Below are positions 55,649 to 64,000 of a stretch of 64,000 bases of DNA, one piece after another; position 1 is the stretch's first letter; the number at the start of each line of letters is the position of its first letter. The stretch is from IMG/VR virus record IMGVR_UViG_3300010383_000006, one strand, 5' to 3'. The stretch comes from an uncultured virus (IMG/VR IMGVR_UViG_3300010383_000006). Its lineage: Duplodnaviria > Heunggongvirae > Uroviricota > Caudoviricetes. Under the pieces are notes generated by a model, which was given only the letters and a program-made list of their open reading frames with translations, searched no databases and was not told the DNA's origin. The translations under genes and the position numbers were made by a program.

Positions 55649-56099
55649 GATGCCCCCTCGCCAGTGCCCGATACATCGAGATCAGTTCAAAGAACGCGAG
55701 CACCGCGTAAACCCAAATTCCAATTGACGGGGGCGACCCGCGCTCCGACGAATACAGACACAACGCTGCGGCCATCTGCGCCCACACCACGGCACCGACA
55801 AACGCACCGCACGCTCGAATGATAGGCCCCACAAACGCCCAGTGGCCATTCGCGATCAGCGCGGCGATTCGCGCCACCCCGATGATCGTATAAATTACGA
55901 TGATCGTCTGTGCGGAAACGATCGTGAGAAGGTATCGGAATGATCCGCTCTCGATCGAATTTGGCCAGATGACCAGAAAAGCACCGACACCGAGCATCAT
56001 GATCGTGGTCGCCAGTTCAAACAGCCGGTTCTCGAAATGCTCGACCAGCCGCCGCATCTTGAATTCCAAGGCACTCTCGAAATTCGCGATCAGGTTCAT
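55608..56099 (-). CDS. multi-pass membrane protein (lysis cassette)
   Basis: about four hydrophobic segments. Confidence 0.6.
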   Translation of the reverse strand: MNLIANFESALEFKMRRLVEHFENRLFELATTIMMLGVGAFLVIWPNSIESGSFRYLLTIVSAQTIIVIYTIIGVARIAALIANGHWAFVGPIIRACGAFVGAVVWAQMAAALCLYSSERGSPPSIGIWVYAVLAFFELISMYRALARGHHADSGRLAFRKIG

Positions 56100-56161
56100 T
56101 GTGGCTTCCACAATCTGACACCCCGGTGAGGGATGCCCGGAGAAATCCCGGGCATCAGGTT

Positions 56162-56371
56162 TCAATCGTCGGTGATCGGAGCCTGCAAGCGGTTGCGCAG
56201 CGCCTGCTCCTTGGCGAGCAGATCGGCACGCTCATCGGCGGTCAGCGTCTTGCCGTTCATGATGTCATAGGCGTTCTTGATGAACGGCCCGGCATCCTGG
56301 CCGAGTTCGTAGGCTGCCTGCGCGGCCGATACCGCGATCTTGATGGCGGAAATGATTTCGTCGACGCTCAC
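56162..56371 (-). CDS. hypothetical protein (lysis cassette)
   Basis: AAGGAG RBS and GTG start. Confidence 0.55.
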   Translation of the reverse strand: MSVDEIISAIKIAVSAAQAAYELGQDAGPFIKNAYDIMNGKTLTADERADLLAKEQALRNRLQAPITDD

Positions 56372-56383
56372 GGGCGGCTCTCC

Positions 56384-56815
56384 TTAAAGCTGGTTGATCT
56401 TGTAGGTGGTGAGGATGGCGACGGCCGCCTCGACCGCCGATTTCAGTGCGGTGTAGGCCGACACCGAGCCTTTGCCGTTCCCAGCGTCCAACTGCGCCTG
56501 CAGCGCGGTGAACTTTTCCGAGATCGTCCGGTCGGCCGCCTGCAACTGGCGCACGATCGCATTGTCTCGGCACCGGTTGGTCAGGATGTTGAACGACGTG
56601 CCCGGCGCGCACTTCGGCAGTTCGCGGTAGTTCGCGGCCGGCGCGAGATAGGCGCCGTTATAGGTCGCCCGCACGCTGTCGATCTGGTTCTGGGTGACGG
56701 TGTAGCCCGCGACCGCGCTGGCCTTGGCCGCGAGGTTGTCGATGGTATCGCAGGCCCCGAGCGGGGCGGCGAGGGCGATCACGGCAAAGGCGGCAAGGAC
56801 GCGAAAGAATCGCAT
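56384..56815 (-). CDS. lipoprotein, possible spanin component
   Basis: signal peptide with LGAC lipobox; downstream of the endolysin. Confidence 0.65.
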   Translation of the reverse strand: MRFFRVLAAFAVIALAAPLGACDTIDNLAAKASAVAGYTVTQNQIDSVRATYNGAYLAPAANYRELPKCAPGTSFNILTNRCRDNAIVRQLQAADRTISEKFTALQAQLDAGNGKGSVSAYTALKSAVEAAVAILTTYKINQL

Positions 56816-56840
56816 GGTCGGCTCCTGTGTGGTGGTGCGC

Positions 56841-57185
56841 TTAGGCACCTTTGGCGATGGCGTTGATGGCGGCCGCAGTCCCCGGGGCCGCAGCGATCTT
56901 GTTCTGCGCCGGATCCACGACGATCGCGGCGAGGGTTTTGTTGGCCTGGGCGTTGACCTCGAGGCGCTCGACGCCGGGCATCGCCAGCACGCCCTTGACC
57001 TGCGCGCTCTGGCCCGTGAGCACCACCAGCACCGCCGACACCAGCGAGTTCGCGAGGCTGGCGATCGAGACGATGGCCTTGGCAGTACCGGGTCCGAACA
57101 GGTCGGTGAGTTGGGTGACTGAGCCGACGATGACGCCGAGCACGGCGGAAATGATCGCGATAACCTGGGTGCCGTTGAGGTTCAT
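56841..57185 (-). CDS. putative holin
   Basis: two TM segments; coupled to the endolysin stop. Confidence 0.55.
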   Translation of the reverse strand: MNLNGTQVIAIISAVLGVIVGSVTQLTDLFGPGTAKAIVSIASLANSLVSAVLVVLTGQSAQVKGVLAMPGVERLEVNAQANKTLAAIVVDPAQNKIAAAPGTAAAINAIAKGA

Positions 57186-58006
57186 GGTGCCCCCTTCAAT
57201 GCGGTGCGCGTGAGAGGTCCAGCGATGCCGTCCACCGCCAAGCCCTTGAGTTTCTGGAAAGACCTCACAGCGGCGCGCGTGAGATTGCCAATGATCCCGT
57301 CGACTTTCAGTTTGGCGCCGTGAGCGTTCAACCGCGCCTGTAGCCACTTCGTCGACGTCAATTCCTCGGCCGTAAGATCGCCTGTCTCGGCCTCTTGGGA
57401 GGTCGGCGGGACCACAACGTGCTCGCCACCTTCTCCCTGTTGAGCGTTCGCCATGTACTCGACGACATCCCGAACGAATCGCTCCTTGTTGAGATTTTTA
57501 CCCGGGCAAGTGCGATGTGTCGATTTCAGGTCCTCTTTGTGGAAGTGAATCCCGCTCACGCCCTTGACGTATTTGGCGGGGTCGAGACCGAGGCGCAGGT
57601 GCAGTTCTCCGGTGAGGGCGACCAGCGCAGCCTCACTCAAGGTCCCCTCGAACTGTTCGCGCTCGAACTCGCCCACGGTCTCGATGCCGATGGCGACTCC
57701 GTTCCATGAGGGGGAGTGGGTGCCGCGGACGTTGAACGGCGCACCGAGGCCGATCCGGCCATCCGGGCCGACAAAGGCGTGCGGCATCGAGGCCCAGCCG
57801 AGCCCGGCATAGTAGGCGGCGAGGTTTTTCAGCCACTGCTCGAACGTCGGTTTGCCGGCCGCCTTCCAGCGGTTGAACGTCGCGATGTCCGGGATGCTGG
57901 TATTGTGAATTTCGACAAAACGGGGACGAAACACCCCGTTGAATTCCGTCGCGTCCAGAACGCTGCGAATCTGCGGAATGGTGATCACCCGACCGTCGAG
58001 TTTCAT
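57182..58006 (-). CDS. endolysin: amidase_2-like domain + peptidoglycan-binding domain
   Basis: IHNT, PHAFV, IGIE, HFHKE..CPG; LQARLN...VDGIIG..TRAAV..FQ...VDGIAGP.T. Confidence 0.9.
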   Translation of the reverse strand: MKLDGRVITIPQIRSVLDATEFNGVFRPRFVEIHNTSIPDIATFNRWKAAGKPTFEQWLKNLAAYYAGLGWASMPHAFVGPDGRIGLGAPFNVRGTHSPSWNGVAIGIETVGEFEREQFEGTLSEAALVALTGELHLRLGLDPAKYVKGVSGIHFHKEDLKSTHRTCPGKNLNKERFVRDVVEYMANAQQGEGGEHVVVPPTSQEAETGDLTAEELTSTKWLQARLNAHGAKLKVDGIIGNLTRAAVRSFQKLKGLAVDGIAGPLTRTALKGAP

Positions 58007-58037
58007 GCTGCCCCTCGTTTACTTCACAGCCATCTGG

Positions 58038-59516
58038 CTATTGCTGCCCCAACCCTTGGGGCTGATCCTGATTCTGATCGGCGCGGGCTGGCAACGAACC
58101 GCCCCACCCCGTGGTGTCGATATGCAGGCGCGGAATACCGGTCTCCTGACCTGCGTTCGCGAGGCGATCGGCCAGCGCGCGCATCCCGTCCGCGACCTTC
58201 TGGTTGCTGACCATGATCCGCAGCCCTTGAGCGAGTTTGCGCGGATCGTCGGAGGTGAGCAGATCGGCCACCCGGGCGGCGGTGGCGGAATCGACCTTGC
58301 CGATGAGTTTGCGCGCCCCGGCCGCCATCTCGCTGGCGAGCGCGCGCCGGGCACCAGCAGCCCCGGCAGCGCCGGCCACGGCCCCTTTCCAATCGCCGTC
58401 GAGGTAGCCGCCGAGCGCGCCCCCGGCCAGACCCGCCTCGATCAGTTGCCGCGCCGTCGTTGAGTTGCCCATCGCCTTGCGGGCGCCGTCCATCACCGCC
58501 TCGAGGGTCATGCGGGCTTGCAGCTTGCGCAGGCCAGCGTCCCCGAACAGGACCCGCGCCATCTCACGCTCATTCGGGGAGTTGAACATCGCCTTGGTGA
58601 TGTCGCGGCTGTCGCGGAAGCCGCCGATCACCCGACCGGCCCAGTCCGAGGCGAAGCCCTCGCGGAATAGGTCTTTCTCTTCCGGCGACATCTTACGCAT
58701 CAGGCCCGCGACCACCTGCGGGTCCACGCGCTTGCCCGCGAGTTGACGCCCGGCCTCGAGCGCATCGCGCTCTCCGAAGAACTGTGCCGCGATCCCGCGC
58801 GCCTGCCCATATTCCGGCACCGCCTCGTCCAGTTTGCCGCGCAGCACCTTCGACCAGGCGTTGCCATCAGCCCCCATCTTGTCGAGGTTCTTTTTCACCA
58901 CGTCCCAGAATTGCAGGTTGGGCGTGAAATTCGGATCGGTCAGCGTCACCGTGCCGTCCTTGTTGAACTGGAACGGATTCACCGGAGGCTTGAGACCCAG
59001 CTTGGCCGCCTCGTTGCGGCCGTTCACGGTGGCCATGCGAATCGCCTGCCCGACCACCGGGGCCTGCGCCATCTGGGCGAACTCATCGTCCCACATGCCC
59101 TGCGCGCCGGGCTGCGCGAACGCCTTGCGGTAGGCCGGGATGCGCGCGACGTCGTACTCGGCCACCAACTGGTCGGCGGTCTTGTGAGCATTGGCGCCGC
59201 CGCTGACAAGGCTGCGGACATCGTGCGCGACGCGCTCGGCCTGCCCCTCGAACCGGTCTCCGAACGCCTTTTCCAGCGTGCCCCGGGCCTCCGGGGAGGT
59301 GTTGGCTGCCGAGCGCAGCAGCGATTGCACCCGGGTGCCCCCGAAATCGGCCAAGGTCACCGGCTCGCCGGCCGCTTTCGCCGCCTGCCACTGCGCCGGG
59401 GTGAGGCCGGTCATCTTGCCCGCCGCGATGTCAGCCGAATCGGCCTCGGCCGCGGTGAACAGACGCCGCGCCGCTTCCGCCTCAGATCCCCGGGTGAGAC
59501 CGACCACCGAATTCCA
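58038..59516 (-). CDS. C-terminal part of an internal virion/DNA ejection protein
   Basis: Ala-rich helical ORF with GNSTTARQL; continues upstream across the N gap at 59517-59541. Confidence 0.65.
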   Translation of the reverse strand, partial: WNSVVGLTRGSEAEAARRLFTAAEADSADIAAGKMTGLTPAQWQAAKAAGEPVTLADFGGTRVQSLLRSAANTSPEARGTLEKAFGDRFEGQAERVAHDVRSLVSGGANAHKTADQLVAEYDVARIPAYRKAFAQPGAQGMWDDEFAQMAQAPVVGQAIRMATVNGRNEAAKLGLKPPVNPFQFNKDGTVTLTDPNFTPNLQFWDVVKKNLDKMGADGNAWSKVLRGKLDEAVPEYGQARGIAAQFFGERDALEAGRQLAGKRVDPQVVAGLMRKMSPEEKDLFREGFASDWAGRVIGGFRDSRDITKAMFNSPNEREMARVLFGDAGLRKLQARMTLEAVMDGARKAMGNSTTARQLIEAGLAGGALGGYLDGDWKGAVAGAAGAAGARRALASEMAAGARKLIGKVDSATAARVADLLTSDDPRKLAQGLRIMVSNQKVADGMRALADRLANAGQETGIPRLHIDTTGWGGSLPARADQNQDQPQGLGQQ

Positions 59517-59541
59517 NNNNNNNNNNNNNNNNNNNNNNNNN

Positions 59542-62500
59542 GGTCGGCCGGATCGAGGGTGCGCTTGAGGAAATACCCCGCGCCTTCGGTCAGGGGAGCC
59601 GCCAGGGCGCCGCCAGCGCCGCCCGCCACCGCGCCCGCACCAGCGCCCACCGCGCGGGACGCCGCATCCTCGCCCTCGCCAGCGCCCGCCAGCGCCCCAT
59701 ATTCCGAGCCGACCAGCGCGCCCTGCCGCATCCGGGCGCCCAGCGTGACCCCGCGCGCCGCCATGCCGCCCGGCAGCGCCATCATCGACGGCACTGCGCC
59801 TGCGAACTCGCCGCCCATGTAGGCGTAGGGGTGCTGCTCCTTGGCCAGCTTGTTGGCCTCGCGCTCGCGCTTCGCTCCGGCCTCATAGGCTTCCTCGGCC
59901 CCGGGCGCGCCGGTCCAGTAACGGTACGCGCCCTTCATCACCGAGATCGGGTCATTCCACTCATCCGGCTTGACGCCGCCCGCCTCACCGATGCCGCGCA
60001 ATTCATCACCGAAACCGAACGTCGCGCCCTGATAGGCGCCGCGGGCCGCCGCGCTCATTGCACCGGCATCCGGCTTCACTTCCTCGAACGGCTGGTTCGG
60101 ATCGAACGCAGGTTCGACCACATCGAACGGCTTGTCAGGATCGAACGTCGGAGCGCCGGCCATATCCACTCTCCCGCCTTGCGCGCGAAAATCGTCGCTC
60201 TGAATAAACGCCCAATCGTCCGGCGTCATCATCGAGTTGGTCTGCTCAAGGTAGTCGTTGAGGATGCGGCTGCGGTCGTTATTCCACGCCGCGCGCACTT
60301 CCCCGACGTGGCGATCCCATGATCCCTTGGCCGGGTCGGGCCGCTTGAAGTCCCAGCCCTTGGCCGATTTGCCGGTGGGGATGCCCTGCCCGCGCTTTTT
60401 GATCGCCTGAATTTTGTAGTTCGGATCGTTGAGCGGGTCCCAGCGCATCGCGGACAGCGGGGTGCCGAACACCGCCGAGTCGTCGAACAGCGCGAACCCC
60501 TTGCTGCGCGCCTGGTCTTTCAGCGACTGCGGGATGTCGATGTACCAGACCGGCTCCTTGGCCTGCTGCAATTTGATCGGAGGATCGGTGCGGTTCTCAT
60601 TGATCCGCGCCAGCCACTGATCGGCGGCGGCGCGATTTTGTGCGGGCCAGTCCGCAATGACGTGCCCACGGTTGTCGACGGCTTCCCATTTTCCGGGCAG
60701 ATGACCCTTCTGCGCCTTCACCCCGTACTGTTTCGCGATCTTCTCGATCGATTTGGGAATCATCTGGTCATAGAACCCGCGCATTCCCTCGCCGCCGATC
60801 TTGAGGTCGGCATTGCGCAGGATGCTCACGCCCCTATCGTTCGGTTCGGTTTTCAGCAGCTTCTCGGCCGCTTCCTTGCCGATGTGATCAGCCAGTTTGG
60901 CCTCGGGCACCACGCTGGTGATGTGCTTCACGCCGTTTTTGTCGACCGCTTCCAGATAGCCGGATTTCTTGTCGTAATTGATCTGGTCGATGGTCTTGCT
61001 CAGATCGTAGCGCGCCGCCTGCGCGTCGCCCGGCGTCCACGACAGCCGGTCATAGCCGCCCTCGGCCGCTTCACGCAGCGCGCGCTTGAGCGCCAGTTCG
61101 TGCCACGTCTTTTTGAATGGGGCATCGGGGACGCCGGTATCCTTCTTGCTGGACGCCCGGTCATTCAACTCCCGCCAGCGGGCCTGCTGCTCAGGAGACG
61201 CGGCTGAGAAGTCCTCTCCGATCACGTCCCGCTCGGCAATCTCGGCGTTCGAGAGCGGCTTCTTTGTGTTGTACCCCTTGTCGCGCCCCTGCTGGTGCCA
61301 GTCCGACTGGATTTCCTCGAGGTGGAGCGAGCGCGCCTGACGCGGCTTGGGTTCGGGCGGCAGGCTGGCGCGCAACTGATCCTCCTGCGCGCGCAACTCC
61401 TGCAGCCGGTTCTGCAACGGGATGAGTTCGGGCAAGTCCTCGCCGTACAGCGCCTGTTCAAGCAGCTTGTTGGTTTCTGGACCTGAGACCTTCCCGCTGC
61501 GGTAATCCTCCATGATCTGATCGCGCTTCGCCTGCCGGAGCGGCTTCGCGGTCGCATTGATCTCGCGCGCCACGTCGGCCTGCTGGGCGCGGATCGAATC
61601 CAGTTGCCCCTGTGCCGCCCGGCGCGCCTCGATCGCCGCCGTTTCCTCCGGCGTGAACGGCAGCGCCATCGAGCGGTCGTTCATCCGCATGTGCGCCACG
61701 ATGTTCGGCTCATCCCAGTGGGAGGATTTGTAATTGTCTCCGCTCACCACGTCGCGATTCTGTTCCATCCACCGCGAATATGCCGCGCGAGCCTCCGGGC
61801 CATCCTGCATCCCCTGCTGTTCGGCCCATTGGGCAAACGTCTTGGGACCAGAGGCGCGACGATCCGGCAGCGTCAGTAGCATCTCGCGGTAGTTCTCGCC
61901 GCCCGGCAGTTGGTACTGGTGATAGCGCGTCGGCGGGGGACCAGCCTCCAACTCATTGGCACGCTTGTCGGCCAACGCGAGAAAGCGATCAGACTGCGGA
62001 TCAAGATCAGGGTTCTCGCGGGTGATTTCCTCAGTGGCGCGGTCCCAAACCGTGTCGGGATCATGTCCCTTGCCGCCCTTCCACACCTCGTTGAGGTGCA
62101 CCTGGTTGTCGGCCAGATGCTCGGCGATCTCCTGCTTGGTGACGGGCTGGCCTTTGCGCTCGGCAAGGAAGTCGGCGAGGCCGGTCCACTGCAATTCCTC
62201 GGCCTTCACGCCCGGCTTGTTCGACAGCGTGCCCAGCCACTGGTCGCCGGTCATCTTGGGCTGCTTGATGTCGCCCACCGCACGCTCGACTGCGGAAAAG
62301 AACGGGGGGGCACGCTCCAATGCCGCGAGCGGCGCGCCGACGTTGCCGGAATCCGAATAAAGCACGCGCTCGACATGGGATCCGTTAGGCACCACCGCCG
62401 ACACCGACCCGGCATCCTCACCGACGTTTCGATAATAATAGCCGCGCTTTGCCGCTCCGCGCTTTAATTGACCACGCATGTATCCGTTCGCGCGAAAATC

Positions 62501-64000
62501 CTCATGCGGTGCATTGCGCTGGTTCGACATCCGCCCGGTGATCCGGTACGGCTCGACCGACGGCTTCACATCCATCGGCATCACTGAGCCGTCGGGATAA
62601 CGCACTTCTTTGGTCGGATAATAATCATGAAGCGGGGCGTCGACATTGTATCCTGTGCGGTTGTATCCGCGCGGGTCCATCCGCTTCAAAGTTTCTTGGC
62701 CTGCCAGCAGAGTGCGACCATATTCCGCGTCGCCGCTCCACCCGCGGCCGTGCGCCGGAATGCCGATCCTCGCCTCAAGCGCCTCCTGCGCCGCTTTCCT
62801 TGTCCCGAGATGCAGCCCACTCTCACCCCCTCGCAAATCGCCGCTGGCGGACCCGTGCCACCACACATTCGGGTCACCCTCAAGCGGCGCTAGACGCTGC
62901 GCCCTTTCCAGCGCGGACAGCGGCGCGCCCGGCGCGGCGGCGTCCTCAAGCAGCAGTCCCGACTTGCCGAGGTTCTTGGGATCGAACCGCGCGAACTGCG
63001 AGCGCACCTGCTCGGGACCGAACGGAATTGCCACGGTGTGCCCCATGCCGCCCATCTTGCCGCCGGTATCAAGGATGCCGTCATAGCCCAGCGAGCGCAG
63101 CGCGTTGGTGATCTTGTCGGGGATCGAGGTCCAAACGTAGGAATTCTCGCCACTGGCATAATCCTGCTTGGCCTGCTCGATCCATTCCTTCGGCGTATAG
63201 CGGTGGTTTTTGTCCCACATATCGGCGCCGAATTCGGCCTTGCGCGAGCGGTCACGCTTGAACATTTCCTCGAGCCGCGGCAGCACCCTCTCAGTCATCA
63301 CCTGCGTGTTGGTGGTGTCGAGCGGGTTGGTCATGCGGATGCGCGCCGGCGTGACGCCGCGCGCCTCGGTCCACGGCGCGGTGGTTTCGCTGATCTGATG
63401 GGGGTAGCCCGCGAGCCGGTAAACCTCCGACAACTGGCTAGGATCATCCACAAACCGCCCGCTGTCGTTCCAGAGTTCGCGCAATGCAGCAAGATGGTTG
63501 CCGCGCGCCTCGTTGTTCAAAACCCAGTCGTAGTGGCTTCCGGCCCCGGTGGCATTCACGCCCTCGGGATGAAGGGTAAGAGGACCTTCGGCCATGTCGA
63601 TATTCTCATGGCCGATGCGCCGCGCCTTGGCGGCAATTTCCGCGCGCTGCTCCGGCGACAGAAACCGCCACGTATCCTCGACCGGAATCCGGGTGCGCGA
63701 GGCCCAACCCAGATCCTTGGGGTGGATAGTGAAGTAGTCCGCCACGCGGCCCTCATCCACCAGCGACGTGTCGGGCTTTTTGCCCATCGCGTAGGAGGAT
63801 GCCATTTCGGGATTGTCGGTGAAGTACGGCATCGGCCCCGACGTCGCGCGCTTGGGGTCGATCTTTCCGCTCTCGGTAAAACGGTCCATGCGCAGACCGC
63901 CGTGATACCACGGTCCCTCGAATCCCTGTTCGGCGGCACGGGCCATGCGCGAGGCTTCATCCATCGGCAGCGCGCCCGCGCGCCGCACTGGCCCGGCCCC
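59542..64000 (-). CDS. large polyvalent/ejection protein with ADP-ribosyltransferase-like domain; 5' end outside the window
   Basis: open to the window edge; WYHG..YFTDNP..ASSYA..GYDGI..QVRSQFARFDP; GVKAEEL.WTGL, LPGGENYRE, EEIQSDWHQ, PDAPFK, GMRGFYD. Confidence 0.75.

Noticed and set aside
1..64000. CRISPR array, integrase, DNA/RNA polymerase, reverse transcriptase/DGR, tape measure gene
   Set aside because: No repeat-spacer array or diagnostic motifs found by eye; absence applies only to this window

Overview
This window is most of a high-GC tailed dsDNA phage genome with a podovirus-like layout (no tape measure gene seen). The host is probably an alphaproteobacterium, inferred from CtrA-, GapR- and DnaA-like domains. 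About 1-47.5 kb is one long minus-strand arm. In transcription order it carries a Cro-like regulator, a Mom-like modifier, RusA, an endonuclease plus N6/N4 MTase, ProQ/FinO, intein-containing DnaB, a replication protein, a C5 MTase with a nested alternative-frame subunit, MazG, MT-A70, DUF5131, ParB, terS, DnaJ, two winged-helix proteins, terL, portal, GroES, scaffold, a glycosyltransferase-FkbM fusion, capsid, adaptors and tail genes. About 47.6-55.3 kb is a plus-strand early/recombination operon (RecT, HerA-like ATPase, DEDDh exonuclease, DnaA-domain-IV protein). About 55.3-64 kb is a minus-strand lysis cassette and a very large polyvalent/ejection protein that runs off the window edge. No integrase, CI repressor, CRISPR array or canonical tRNA was found. 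The most unusual signals are: a ProQ/FinO gene near a promoter-plus-terminator counter-transcribed sRNA upstream of the replication genes; tail-module proteins with Sec signal peptides; a shared basic-GG-(R/K/G)-V and HRxDRPxRK motif across several virion-region proteins; an endonuclease that appears to have inserted at an MTase DPPY motif while supplying a replacement 5' end; in-frame tRNA-like elements inside a CDS; and a stand-alone sRNA/minigene unit before the capsid operon. All family assignments come from motif recognition by eye, with no database searches. Five short N gaps obscure some reading frames.
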